Notes under the pieces: generated by a model
What the model was told of the DNA's origin: nothing
What the model saw: only the letters and a program-made list of their open reading frames with translations
The model's database searches: none
From: Bugula neritina
Lineage: Eukaryota; Animalia; Bryozoa
NCBI GenBank assembly: GCA_964035545.1
Contig: OZ037766.1
Coordinates: forward strand, 16,544,722-16,608,721
Length of the DNA: 64,000 bases
Direction of reading: 5' to 3'
Part shown: in pieces, positions 23,009 to 35,782 of the stretch
How the letters are laid out: each line of letters starts with the position of its first letter
Position numbering within the stretch: position 1 is the stretch's first letter
Position numbers and translations under genes: made by a program

Positions 23009-26000
23009 CTAGGTTGCTGTATATTCATTTATCCAAGGGGTAGCTACAGAAACTTTAGCATAAATTGATGGTATTGATTGTTTACACGAGCTGCCCCAAG
23101 ACACCACTCCTTGTAACACCCATCGTTTGTTCATTAGACACACCAAAGGTCCACCACTATCTCCCTACAAGTGCATTATATGAGTTTCATAACAAAAAGA
23201 ATGAAAAAAACTCCTAATTACTCCTGTGTAAAGAGCCATTTTTTGAAGATTGTTTAGTAATTCATAATTTTTAACTGATGCCGCCTACAATTAAACACTT
23301 TCTCAAAGTCACTATCATAAGCTAAACCAATATTTGACACACCAGACAAGTGCTCTGTCTACTAAACCATAGCCTCCCACTAATGCTGAAATAGAAATTC
23401 AACACTTATTTGATACTGTGAGGTGTTTCAAGAGTTATTGTGAAAACAACTTCCTCCTATCTGTATTTTAATGGTATCATGAGTGAGGCCAACTAATAGG
23501 AAATGGCTTACTGATTTAATAGAAATTATACAACATGTGGAAAACTTGCTCCAAGAGTATTTTCTTACCACACAACTATCAATTCCAGCTGTGGCATATC
23601 CAGCACAGAGCCACTCCTCTGGTACATCGAGTCTGTAAGTTGTTTTATACTGAACATTACAGATCTTATTCGATACAACTCTTGTTTTCCCCTCTTGCAA
23701 GTACTTGGGATAATGAGCTACAATGTTTTATTGAAATCTTTGAAAAAGCACTAGAATATTGAAATATATTAACATATCACAGTGTATTTCAACAAGAACA
23801 AAAATTGTTGATCAAGTAATAAATTAACTAGAGGCTGATATGAACCGAGTAATTTCAAAGTAGCATTTACACCCAGTAAAAAAAACACCATTGAGTATAA
23901 TACCGGAGTAAAATCAGAGTGACAACTAAGATATATATATTCACAAGTCTACAATTACTCTGATTCTTATTGAAATAATGGCAAATTTGTTTAGAACTTC
24001 AAAAACATATCCAGAGAAACTACTTTTGCTTTCGTGTCTAGAAGCCTAAGGGAAACTTCGCATAGTTATCACTAGCATTAACTTGTACTAGTTGCAAGCA
24101 CAATGCTACTCCAAGTGTTTAGGGTTTACTGAAAACAGTGAGTTTTATATTGAAGTACTTACGCTGCTGAGAGTTGGCGACAATGGAGCCGAACCCTGTG
24201 ATGTAACAGTTAGTATCATCTGATATCAGATCATCTTGAGTAGGGAGACAAGCTGGTTGAGCCCTGGTACTGTGTAACAATAGGAACATAATACATTATT
24301 TAGTAACATGGCAGATGCAATTTGAACACAACACATACTGTCAAAACAGGACAATTTATAAGCTGGAAATTGTCACAAAAACTCATTTATGTCATGCTAT
24401 AAGCTATAAGGTTTAATAGAGACACGTGTACCTATATTGAATGCTGTCAACTTGTATCATGGCGAAGTCATAAGAGTATGTAGTGAAAGCACTGCCTCGA
24501 TACAGTGTAGGCTTGTATTGCGGGTGTATTACAATACGCCTAGCTATTCGTGTGGTTCCATCAGACCCATCAAATCTGTTGGTACCATACACAACTTTGA
24601 TATCCGAAGGGTTGCTACAAAATTCAAAGTAAAAGGCACACATTTTCTAGTTGTAGTTGACATGAAATTTCAAAAGGTACTCTGGTGTATAACACTTTTT
24701 AGTATCATTACAAGCCTAAGAAGGCATAAATATTAGGAGTAAATGTTACTTTCAAAATCTATTTCAATTGACAAATTTTTGAGTTACATAAATATAAAAA
24801 GTATTACAGTAGTTTGCAAAGTGTTGTTCATTTTATTGAATTTTATTGCCATGAATTGAACAATGGAGTAAAGACAATCTCTGACCATGTCTTTAATTTG
24901 TCTGTTTCTTTGCTGTAGTATTACACAGTTGTGGGTGTAGATCTGCTGTAGGCATTGCAGATACTGATGGTATTGCATAGCAACTCTAATTGTTGCATGG
25001 GGGTATTGTGCACCAAAACAACGCTGGCAACAGTGGCAACTTTCTGGGGACTGAGTGTATGTAATATATTTCAATAAAACCAATACGTAATGTTAGAAAC
25101 AGTAACAGGTTTGGTACTTACGTGATGCTTGCCACACAGTGACCTGCTGTGAGTATCCACTTGTCAGAAAGAATTGACCCACCACAGATGTGAGTACTTC
25201 CTATGGTCAGCTTCACGTGCCATGGCCAATCAGTTATAGGGAACCCTCCAACACCTCCCAATAAATAAGCTGCCCAAATTTGCTTTGTTGATATGCCACA
25301 GCCTAAAATTCAAGGAATACAAATGAGTACATTGCTTGCTTAAATAAAAATTTTATAGAATTAGTAAAATGACACCTGCAATGTTAATCCACAGCAATGC
25401 AGGGCTGAAGTTTAAAGACAGTGGTAAAACTTCTTCAGGTTGCTACTACCTACTAAATTGGTTATGTATTAGGCAATTTGGAGACCAGCATGAAAATGGT
25501 AAATGTAATGCATGCACAGCAAAACACATGTGAACCAGAGCTTTTAGAACGGAAGCACTCAACTAGAAGTCTGTTAGGTCTGTGAATTTGGACTACGGAC
25601 TAACAGTTTTGAAAATTACTTAAATTTACTTTAAATGCTATTGTTATAGCATGACATTGCATAAAGCTAAAAGATGTAATGGCTTTTTCATGTTAGCTTC
25701 AGCGCTTATTTTGTTTATTTATATACAGCTATGTCAGCTTTTCTGTGCAAGTTAATATATAAGGTGGTAACACTTCTACTGTTTTGATTGTAAATTATTT
25801 TATGATCAATACACCTGTTTGAAACACAACAGATTTTGGCGACGAGGATGGGATCAGCTTCAAGGATTTTCAACTGATCATCTACTTTTACTTTACGCGG
25901 TTATCATCAGAATCTTCAAATCTTCAAAGACTCTTCATTTAGACATACTTCAAAAATTATGTCTACACCTACAGATCAACTGATAGCTTTGCTAACCCAG

Positions 26001-29000
26001 CAGTTAGCACAGCAAAAGGAACAGATGGATTTGCAGAAGCAACAGATGGAACAGCAAGAAGCAAGGATGGAACAGCAAGAAGCAAGGATGGAACAGCAGC
26101 AAACAGAAAATCGGGAGCTGATTCAACTACTCACCCAGTCAGCAGAGAAGAAAACCCCAGCATCAACCCCGAATTTTGCAGCATTTGATCCAAGTACAGA
26201 ACTATGGACTCAATATTCAGCAAGATTCACCACCTTCATTGGAGCCAACTCAATCGCAGAGGATAAAATACCACAAGTATTTTTGACAAACCAATCAACA
26301 GCCATCTACAAGCAGTTGAGTGATTGGGCGGAACAGCAGACACCAAAGAAGGAGATCAACAAACTGACGATGGATAATGTTAACAACTACATGATGACAC
26401 AATATAACCCAAGGACATTCATCATCAGAGAAAGATACAGATTTTGGCACGACATGAAAAAGAAGCCAGGGGAGACTATTCCAGAACTAGCAGCTAGGAT
26501 TCGACATGACGCAACAACTTGTGACTTTTCTTCAATTACTGACCCACAAGATGAAGCACTTCGTACCAGATTTATATGCTCAGTAGGAAATGAAGCTATA
26601 CTGAAGGCAATCTTTAAACTCAAGGACGAAGATCTCACTTTCAACAGAGCTACTGAAATCGCTGTGGAAACTGAAGAAGCAGCTAAAGTAGCTAAAGAAA
26701 CTGTTCACGGAGAGGTCAACGCTCTCCATAAAGTCAGCAAGAAGAAGAAGACGACTCCAAGCTCTACACCAACGACCCAGCCAACACAGATCAACAAACC
26801 CTGTTATCGCTGTGGAAAGACAAATCACCAGCCAGCAGAATGCAGATACAAAAGTTCTACATGCAACTACTGCAAACTCACTGGACATCTTGAAATTGTA
26901 TGCCAAAAGAAGAAGATGAATGACAGCAAACCACTCAAAGTTATCAGGACCTTAAAGACTATGAACACAGTTCCTCAACTACAAGTAGATGTAACTCTTC
27001 AACGTCAACCTTTTCAATTAGAAGTCGACACTGGAGCAGGAGACAACTTCTTGTCTTTAGAGAACTGGAAAAGACTAGGATCACCTAATCTTCAATCACC
27101 ACAGATACATTATGAATCAGCGACTCATCATCCAATTGACATCATGGGAACCTGTGAACTCTTCACCAAATTCGGAGACCAGCAGGAGAAGAAACTTAAA
27201 TTCGTCATCAGCAGAATACCCAACCTAAACCTACTCGGCAGAGATGGAATTCAACAATTGGGAGTTTCTGTGGATTCCTTGATGCAGCCTACATATGGAG
27301 AAGACATCAGCAAAGATGTTCATAATGTCAACCTCAATCTCAAGGAATCCTGTAAAAAACTAACAATGGAGTTCAGCAGCCTCTTCAAACCAGAACTGGG
27401 ATGCCTCAAAGATTTTGAATTAGAAGTCAAATTCAAGAAAGATGCTAAGCCAGTATTCTGCAAACCCCGACCTGTACCTTACGCCATTCAAGAAGACTTA
27501 ACTCAAGCCTATGGTGTTGGAATTGCTAAAGGAGTATGGGAGCCAGTGCAGTTCAATTCCTATGGCACACCAGTAGTTCCTATACGCAAAGCACAACTAC
27601 CTGGACAGCCAAAGCCAAAGCTACGTGTATGTGGAGACTACTCTGTTTCAGTCAACTCTCAACTAGAGGATCATCGTCAACCAATTCCTTTACCAGAAGA
27701 CCTGATGAGGAAACTTGGAGGAGGACATGGTTTCTCGAAGATTGACTTGGCAGACGCATACAATCAGATTCCTCTAGCTCCAGAAAGCCAAAGAAGGTTG
27801 GCTCTCAGCACTCATCGTGGTGTTCTACTACAGAAGCGCTTACCTTTTGGTATCAGCTCAGCACCCGGTTATTTCCAGGAGATTATGGAGCAGCTCACAT
27901 GTGATCTACCCGGAGTAGCAGTCTATTTGGATGACATTCTAGTCAGTGGAGCCACAGGCACAGATCACATCACAAATCTACGAAGATTATTGCAACGGCT
28001 GCAAGACCAAGGATTAAGATGCAAACTGGAGAAATGTGTATTCGCAGAACAGTCAGTAGAATACCTGGGACACAAGCTTTCTGACAAAGGTATAGAAAAA
28101 AGGATCTGGTGTAAAAGCTTTGAAGAAGATGCCAGCCCCGACTGATGTTAGAAGCTTGAAATCCTTCCTAGGATCTGTACAGTTCTACCACAAGTTCTTG
28201 CCGAATCTTTCCACGGTCACATCACCACTTCAAAAGTTATTGCAGAAAGGAGAGCAATGGCAGTGGGGTACTACGCAGCAAACATCATTTTTACAACTGA
28301 AGAAGATGTTAAGCAGTGATCTGGTATTAGCACACTATGACCCTTCTCTACAAATTGGCATATCCTGTGATGCATCAGAAGTTGGAATTGGAGTTGTGTT
28401 GTTTCATCGTTACCAAGACGGGACAGAGCGACCAATTGCCCATGCCAGCAAAACTCTGACAAAAACTCAGCAAAGATACAGTCAAGTACAGAAGGAAGCA
28501 CTCTCAATCATATTTGGAATCACCAAGTTTCATCAGTTTCTGTATGGAAGAAGCTTTGTATTGGTTACAGATCACCGACCACTACTGGCAATCTTTGGAC
28601 CCAACAAAGCAACACCAGCTATGGCAGCCAACAGACTTGCTAGATGGGCACTCACTCTCAGCCAATACAAGTACACCATTGAACACAGAAAGACCTCGGA
28701 CCACGGCAATGCAGACGTACTGAGTCGCCTACCAATGGGATCAGACGATGGCTTCGATAAGGAGGAAGAAGGTGTGGATATCGACACAGTTTGCACAATA
28801 AAGACTATTGGAAAGCAGCTGAAACCTGCAGATCCTGGAGTTCTAAAGAAAGAGACGGCCAAAGATCCAGTACTCAGCACCGTGATGCAATACACTATGG
28901 AAGGATGGATGGATGGTGAAGAAAGCAAAGAATCGTCAGAAACAATGGCTGATGGCTACACCATTAAAGACTTCAAGAAGATCGCAACCTCACTGACAGT

Positions 29001-32000
29001 TGAAAGCGGATGCCTACTCTATGGAGCAAGGATCGTCATACCTTTATCCCTGCAGAAACAAGTGTTAGAAATACTACATATGGGACACTTTGGCAGACAA
29101 CGTATGAAGCAACTTGCCCGCACAGCAGTCTATTGGCCAAGATTAGACAACGACATTACAGAATTGTCACAACAATGCTCAACCTGCGAAGAGCACCAAA
29201 ACCAGGAAAAGAAGTCACCAGTTCACCCTTGGATGATGCCTGAAAAGCCATGGAGCAGACTACCCGTAGACCATGCAATCAACTTTATGGGAACAAATTG
29301 GCTAGTGCTTGTGGATGCATTCACCAAGTATCCTTGCATTCATCCTACGAGCTTTATATCAACCAAGATGACAACTAACTTATTGGAGACAGATTTCGCT
29401 CACTTTGGTTACCCTCATACCATAGTGACAGATAATGGACCCAGTTTCACTTCAGAAGAATTCCAACAGTGGTGTAAAGATCGAGGAATTGTCAACCTAA
29501 GAGGAGCACCTTATCATCCCGCTACCAATGGAGCAGCAGAACGACTAGTAGAATCCTTCAAGCAGTCGCTGAGGAAGTCTACACTTCCACTCAGGGAGGC
29601 CCTCCAAGAGTTCCTAATGCAATACAGAAGAACACCATTGCCTTATGGATTTTCTCCAAGTGAGCTACTGAATGGACGACAGATCAGAACCAAAATAGAT
29701 GTTCTACTTCCCTCTCCAGCACACCTATCTCAAAGACATCAGATGCAACAGAACAAGACTACCAACAAACTACACTGCTACACAGTTGGAACGCCTTGCT
29801 ATGCTCTATACTATGGGCCTAGAAGAGACAGACAACCCAAGTGGATCAAGGCAGTTGTGATCAAAGTTTTGGGGAGCCGCTCTGTGAATGTGAAAGTCAT
29901 ACCTAAAGGACCAGTTTGGAAACGACACATTGACCAACTCTGTCCACGACATTCCAGTACAGAAGATACAGAGCCACCTGATGATTTGATGGTTACCACT
30001 GAAAATACTGCACAACAAGAGGAAACACCAGAGCCAGATCCTGTACCCTCACAACCTAGACGCAATCCTAGACAACCAGATGGTGATGAATATACCCGGG
30101 ACCATCCGAGACGTTCAACCAGAACCCGATGGCAAACTAGACGCTAAAAGAGACATAGTACTTTAAGCTAGTCGGGAGGTGTTATAGCATGACATTGCAT
30201 AAAGCTAAAAGATGTAATGGGTTTTTCATGTTAGCTTCAGCGCTTATTTTGTTTATTTATATACAGCTATATCAGCTTTTCTGTGCAAGTTAATATATAA
30301 GGTGGTAACACTTCTACTGTTTTGATTGTAAATTATTTTATGATCAATACACCTGTTTGAAACACAACAGCTATGTTGCGGATTTGATGTGTAATTTTTT
30401 GACTCAGTGAATCTCTATAAAAGGTTCTGCACAAAGTATGTTAGAAAGCTTCAACTTTGAGCAGTATACTAACTCTGGCATTTAAGATTAACTGCAGCTT
30501 TACATGAGAAATCAGGTTGGACTATGAATGTGCCATTTGCTTTAGAAGTTTCACTCCACAGAGACAAGCTGACAGCAGGTTTAGTAGAGTCATCTCTTGG
30601 TATAGGAGAGCTTTGTGCACCATCTGACCTGCGGCAATGAGACAGGTGTAACCAACAGTACACATGAATACACAAAAACACACTTGTCTTGCTAGTCTAT
30701 TATACTATCACAATATGAGAAGAAATAAAAAGAAAGAACGCATATTTATAAGTAGCGCAACACCTCTTGGCCATTTAAAACAGCTTTTTAGCCATGGCCA
30801 CAGACGTGGAAGTTAGTATCATACACATACACAGTACTACAAACACATTTATTCACTTCAAAAAAATGGTTAATAGGCAAAATGTTGCGTCTCAAAATAG
30901 TCAAGGAAGTGTACAAGAAATATAACCTGTTATAACTATTACCTGTAGCCGAGAAGAGCACAGATTCGGTTTGCTGAAACTGCTAGGTCTGGTGTATGAC
31001 AAAGATCTATATAAGAACTGTTGTAGAAATACTTGGTAGTGTCAGAGTTTTGGCGAACTAAATGTAAAATCAAACAGTCTATCAGACAGCTTAAATGAAT
31101 TGTGCTACCTGTTTCCTGACCATATTGGCTACTAAGTCACCCTAAACCACTAAATTCATAAAAACTAGCTAAATGTGCTTAAAGGTTTTCTTCAATTTGT
31201 TGATTCAAATTACATATTTTTAGTTTTGACAGCAATCACCTCAAACACCGAGTGTTAAAGCAGCTAGCCAGAGGCCAGGTTATAACCAGTTTTGTGTCTT
31301 ATATAAATTATACCACTAAATTTCTGAAAAAAAAAAACATTCCAAGTATTATATTCATTAAAAATTGTGAGTCTAATTATAAATGTTTGGTTCAAACTAA
31401 AAATTTAATATAAAATTCAGAGATAGAAGAACTTTTTGACAAATCTTCAACAAATTGCTTATAAATCTCCAATTTATATGTCAAGTCCGTAAGCATTTCT
31501 TGCAAATGTGTAATACATGAAATGCCAAGAGCTTTGCCCCTAAACCTTTTATACTCACAACAACTATACTCATCTGATCTATCATCACAATCATAAACTC
31601 CATTACATCGAGATTGGATGGGTACACAGTCATAGTTGTTACAAGTAAACTCTGTAGTAGAGTTGCAATGCTCTACAAAAAACAATAATTCAACATCTAT
31701 TAGATTGCTATTCCAAAAATGAAGACTATTTTTTTCAGCAACACATAATCTACAGATATTTTATAAAGATATATGAACATTTGATTTAGTAAGTAGGCCT
31801 CTGTTAGTCAGTTTAGGACTATGGGTGATAGTGAGGATCTTCAGGAAGATCTTGAACAGACCATCTCTGCTGTCAGGTCAATAAAGACAACATAGACCTC
31901 TCAGTATAAAATCAGCACTGTGATTCAGGATAAACTGTTTCTGCCAACTCCAGAAAAGAATGCCGAGGAATGAGATGCTTTCGTAGTTGTTCCTGTAGAA

Positions 32001-35000
32001 GGCAGTAATTTTTGCATCTTTCAGCTTTTGTGGTACAGCAACTTATTTTCAACACAAGTAGAGATCTTCATGTAGATGAGGTAAAAGAATAGCTTTGCAA
32101 TGGTTGATTCACTGGGCGATTGCTTATACCCTGAGATGGTGGTATGCTTGGATCCAATTACTTTTATTAAAACGTGTCGTGTCACTTTACGATCTTTCTA
32201 CACAGATAGTCATAGAGCTTGTTCACTTTCTCGTACTTTGTTGCAGACTTCCTAAGTTGTGAGGAGTAGAGTTCACAAGACCAGGCTGTGACATATTGGC
32301 AGTGTATATGAGATGGTTTCTACAGCTTGATAGATAATCTGCATGTGTATGGTGGTATTGCATCTAACCAGAATCAGATTCAGTTGGTGCCAGTGATTAG
32401 AGTACCGATGTACCCAAGAAATATGCATGCATGCATGCGTGCGTGTTTGTATGTGTGTGTGTTGTGTATGTGTGTTGCGTGTTAGCATGCATGCATGTGT
32501 GTGCGTGTGTGTGCGCATGTGTGTTTGTATATACGGAAGCATGTATGTATATGTGTGTGCGTGTGTGTGTATGTATGTATAGATGCATGTATGTAATATG
32601 TATGTGTGTATGTGTGCGTGCGTGTGTATGTATGTGTGTGTGTATGTATGTGTGTGTATACATACACAAGCTAATTGAGTAATAAATATTTACCACAATC
32701 AAACTCATCATCTCCATCTACGCAGTCAGGCTCTCTGTCGCATCTCCATGCCTTTTTTACACAGTCACCATTTTTACAAAAGTAAAAGTGATGAGGGCTC
32801 AGTTGACATCCATTCTCTACATCAAAGAACTAAATTAGCATAGCTTTTTCTAAATAAATAAATCAATAAATTCATGAATGCAGATATGTTTCACTGCAAT
32901 ATTTTTATCTTATATATCAACTTACATATAAGCATTACATTTTGGGATATGCTATATTATATGAAAAATGTGAATAAATTTCACATTAAAACTCGACACT
33001 ATGACGATACAACAAGTTTATCCTACAATCCTGACCAAACTTTGAAGCATTGAAAAAATTTAGAACTAAACTACAATGATTGAATAGTAAAGATGATGCA
33101 TGTACACATACATGAATTCTACTGAAACATTCAAATGTAATACGGATGATGATAATATTTCTTGATAATAGAAATTTGTATCTTTCAACAGTTTAGGAAA
33201 TTATCTTTTTATTGGTTTCTAATAAAATTGCTAACTTTAATTGTTGTCAATTGGTAAATAGTAGAAAAGACCTCAACAAATTTCAAGAGTAAATTATAAA
33301 AACAATATAAATAAGAGCTTCAAACATAAAGGTACTCTAGTTTAACATGACTACACTTACCACACCCTCTCTCATCGGAGTTGTCACTGCAGTCTTCATT
33401 CCCATCACAAACGTACTGGTTCCTCAAACACTCAAACCCATTATCACATCTTGTTTCATTTGGTTTACATATGACAAAAGCATCAGTAGCTACAGTATAA
33501 AACAAAAGATGCAAATAAAAAATACTAAGTGCATTTGTTGGAAGTTGGTTGCTGAAACTGATATCATGCACAGGGAGTACACCACTAGTTACGGTTTCCA
33601 ATGAAGTTATACCTGTTTCGATATTTTAAATGAAGAAATTTGGGTTAAAAACGATAAAATAACTTTCTACAATTTAAAATACTACAAAACTGAATAAAAT
33701 TGCTTTCTGGAAAAAATTCATACCAATTTTTAATTTTCACTAGAACGAAGACCTCATTATTTTACGCCATAAAGAACGATTGTATCAAGAGATAGACGGT
33801 ATACATGAAATAGGGCAACTAAAAACTTTAATCAGTGTTATGAACTAGTTTGATACTATCAGCAATAAATAGTAATTGTAAGAAAAGACCGACTAGTTAC
33901 ATTCACACATAAATCTACAGAACTACTTTGGCTGCATCTCAAATACAAGTTTGGAGTTGTATATCCAAAAATATTTATTTTTAGTGCATTGTGTGCATAC
34001 ATGTTTTTAACTAAATCATTAACTCGAGCAACTTGATTGTGCTGTTGTAATTAAGCTTAGAATATAATAAGTAAAATTATTATCAATAAGACGTATGACA
34101 AATATAGTTAGCTAAATTTTCTAATAAAATCTCCTTTCTGGTGTTTTTATTTAATCTTAGGTTACACTACAACAGCATACCTAACAAATAAATCGTAAAC
34201 TATAATTTTTGTCAGTTGGCATATTGTAGTAAATTATTGAACAATAATTGTTGTGATAATTCTTTTCATTTGGAAGCCAACAACCTTGAAATTGTACTGA
34301 GAACTAGAACATTTCTAGATACTCTATTACTGCATAAATTTAACCTGCTTTAACGCCGTAATTGAAAACTTGTATGCATTGCCAAGGAAAATGTTAGTAT
34401 AAACTACAAAGGCTTACTTACAAGTTGGTTCATTTCCTACTATTGTACTGGTATTTATCACTCCGGTAGAAAGTAACACAATAAGCAATATGGCTGCCAG
34501 TCCAATAGGTATGAGTATAGCCATTGCCAATATTATCCGTTTGGAACACCAGCCATGATGACGAGTAGTTTGTCGGCTAGCTCTGCGCCCCCGTGAAGTC
34601 ACTGTTCTAGCATTCTAAAAGTTGCTTTATTAATTTAAAAGGTTGCAAATTCATCTTAATTAGATTTATGACACAAAAACTACAAAACTGAATAAATTTG
34701 AATTCTAGAAACAAGTTTATGCCACAAAGTGATTCTCAACACAAGATGTGATTATTTTTCCAAAAGCTTAAGATTGCATCAAGAGATATATAAACTGTGT
34801 ACATGTAATAGGCTAAAACTATTGAAAGTTGTTAAGCGTTGCAGGCTAATTTGACACTAATAAATGTATTGGAATAAAATTCTTGCTACTTAAGTAAAAG
34901 ATGCAGCTTGATAACTCGGCAGTTAAACTAATTTGAGATTACACAGAACTAATATAAAAAAATTAATTGCATTTATTTAAATAGTAGACCAACAATTCTC

Positions 35001-35782
35001 AAAATTTGTATAAATATATACAATGATTTTATACAAGCAGTATCGGTAGCAGTGTAATGGCATATTACTATGTAGTTTAAAGGTTTTGTAAAAATTAATT
35101 AATTTGGTATTGTCTTTAAAATTAAAGTATTTTATGTAATTTTTTTCTAAATCGACATTTACCTAGTTTGGCATGCTTAAAAAATCGATAAGAATTTATT
35201 TTTGATTTACCATTTGAATTAAGTTGTAACAACCAATCGAATTAATGAGAAAACTACACAATACGGATTCAAGCTTCTACCTGCACACTCACTTATGTAT
35301 CAACATAAATAACATTAGTTATTACGTTTATCTGCTAAAGCTTTAATTTTCAAGTAATATAATTGACAATTCTAGTTTTGTGTAACACTCATCAGGCTCA
35401 ACATAGTTGTGAGCTGAAAGATGAGCTATTTTATAAATTCATAATAACACATCTATGGTGAATATAAACCAAAAGTTAAAAATGGATGCCTAAAATTCAA
35501 TAAAAAATTGTGCGAAAACCTTCAGTTTCTATATTTTATTTACTAAATTAAATAACTCCAACCAGTGTAAAACTTGGAGACCGTAGATGCAAATGATAAA
35601 CTAAATACAACTCTCAAAGGAAATGAGTCAAGCGTATGAAAGAGACTAACCATCTCATGCATCTGTGTGGAGGGCTGAGACTCTCTGTGCCCACCATCCT
35701 GAAGGCTGGTCATCTCCAGCTCCTGGGAATCTACAGAGCTGTCGCTATCAACGTCATAGAGCTGAATGTATAAATGGCTCAT
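23009..35782 (-). CDS. Type II transmembrane serine protease (TM, 3x LDLa, degenerate SRCR, trypsin domain), 12 coding exons, 578 aa
   Basis: Exons 35782-35651, 34614-34422 (TM), 33489-33361, 32816-32694, 31672-31559 (LDLa), 31057-30943, 30628-30474, 25302-25122, 24614-24432, 24269-24163, 23717-23569, 23164-23009. All GT-AG and in phase. Triad motifs TAGHC, YDFAMI, GDSGGP. Confidence 0.9.
25959..28145 (+). CDS. Gag-protease-reverse transcriptase (first part of frameshifted gag-pol)
   Basis: Two CCHC knuckles, VDTGA protease, RT motifs RVCGDY, LPFGI, YLDDI. Confidence 0.92.
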   Translation: MSTPTDQLIALLTQQLAQQKEQMDLQKQQMEQQEARMEQQEARMEQQQTENRELIQLLTQSAEKKTPASTPNFAAFDPSTELWTQYSARFTTFIGANSIAEDKIPQVFLTNQSTAIYKQLSDWAEQQTPKKEINKLTMDNVNNYMMTQYNPRTFIIRERYRFWHDMKKKPGETIPELAARIRHDATTCDFSSITDPQDEALRTRFICSVGNEAILKAIFKLKDEDLTFNRATEIAVETEEAAKVAKETVHGEVNALHKVSKKKKTTPSSTPTTQPTQINKPCYRCGKTNHQPAECRYKSSTCNYCKLTGHLEIVCQKKKMNDSKPLKVIRTLKTMNTVPQLQVDVTLQRQPFQLEVDTGAGDNFLSLENWKRLGSPNLQSPQIHYESATHHPIDIMGTCELFTKFGDQQEKKLKFVISRIPNLNLLGRDGIQQLGVSVDSLMQPTYGEDISKDVHNVNLNLKESCKKLTMEFSSLFKPELGCLKDFELEVKFKKDAKPVFCKPRPVPYAIQEDLTQAYGVGIAKGVWEPVQFNSYGTPVVPIRKAQLPGQPKPKLRVCGDYSVSVNSQLEDHRQPIPLPEDLMRKLGGGHGFSKIDLADAYNQIPLAPESQRRLALSTHRGVLLQKRLPFGISSAPGYFQEIMEQLTCDLPGVAVYLDDILVSGATGTDHITNLRRLLQRLQDQGLRCKLEKCVFAEQSVEYLGHKLSDKGIEKRIWCKSFEEDASPD
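28120..30147 (+). CDS. RT connection, RNase H and integrase (second part of frameshifted gag-pol)
   Basis: CDASE, QKEAL, TDHRPL, ADVLSR; HHCC zinc finger; D(VDHA), D(TDNG), E(AERL) catalytic residues. Confidence 0.92.
   Translation: MKKMPAPTDVRSLKSFLGSVQFYHKFLPNLSTVTSPLQKLLQKGEQWQWGTTQQTSFLQLKKMLSSDLVLAHYDPSLQIGISCDASEVGIGVVLFHRYQDGTERPIAHASKTLTKTQQRYSQVQKEALSIIFGITKFHQFLYGRSFVLVTDHRPLLAIFGPNKATPAMAANRLARWALTLSQYKYTIEHRKTSDHGNADVLSRLPMGSDDGFDKEEEGVDIDTVCTIKTIGKQLKPADPGVLKKETAKDPVLSTVMQYTMEGWMDGEESKESSETMADGYTIKDFKKIATSLTVESGCLLYGARIVIPLSLQKQVLEILHMGHFGRQRMKQLARTAVYWPRLDNDITELSQQCSTCEEHQNQEKKSPVHPWMMPEKPWSRLPVDHAINFMGTNWLVLVDAFTKYPCIHPTSFISTKMTTNLLETDFAHFGYPHTIVTDNGPSFTSEEFQQWCKDRGIVNLRGAPYHPATNGAAERLVESFKQSLRKSTLPLREALQEFLMQYRRTPLPYGFSPSELLNGRQIRTKIDVLLPSPAHLSQRHQMQQNKTTNKLHCYTVGTPCYALYYGPRRDRQPKWIKAVVIKVLGSRSVNVKVIPKGPVWKRHIDQLCPRHSSTEDTEPPDDLMVTTENTAQQEETPEPDPVPSQPRRNPRQPDGDEYTRDHPRRSTRTRWQTRR
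31800..32395 (-). mobile_element. Degenerate RTE-like LINE RT fragment
   Basis: Broken minus-strand peptides [24 protein letters not shown] and DGLFKI resemble the N-terminal part of RTE RT. Confidence 0.5.
32424..32668. repeat. Compound (TG/TATG/CGTG)n microsatellite
   Basis: Seen directly; it explains four spurious ORFs. Confidence 0.95.
33680..34860. repeat. Two diverged copies (~33680-33860, ~34680-34860) of a short interspersed repeat flanking the TM exon
   Basis: Shared CTACAAAACTGAATAAA...GATTGYATCAAGAGATA...TACATGWAATAGG...TTTGAYACTA blocks in the same order. Confidence 0.6.

Larger units (their letters stand above)
25642..30369 (+). mobile_element. Full-length Gypsy (Mag-like) LTR retrotransposon, antisense in a protease intron
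   Basis: 190-bp TG..CA LTRs at 25642-25831 and 30180-30369 (2 differences). TSD GCTAT (25637-25641 / 30370-30374). PBS TGGCGACGAGGATGGGAT at 25837-25854. Confidence 0.97.

Noticed and set aside
26387-30065. Antisense and alternative-frame ORFs inside the Gypsy element
   Set aside because: Short shadows of gag-pol with no motifs.
32273-32717. His/Thr- and Cys/Val-rich ORFs
   Set aside because: Translations of a TG/CA microsatellite.
35360-35400. Hammerhead-like CTGATGA-GTG-tta-CAC-AAAAC on the - strand
   Set aside because: The conserved GAAA reads AAAA and there is no convincing stem I or III; likely chance within a decayed repeat.
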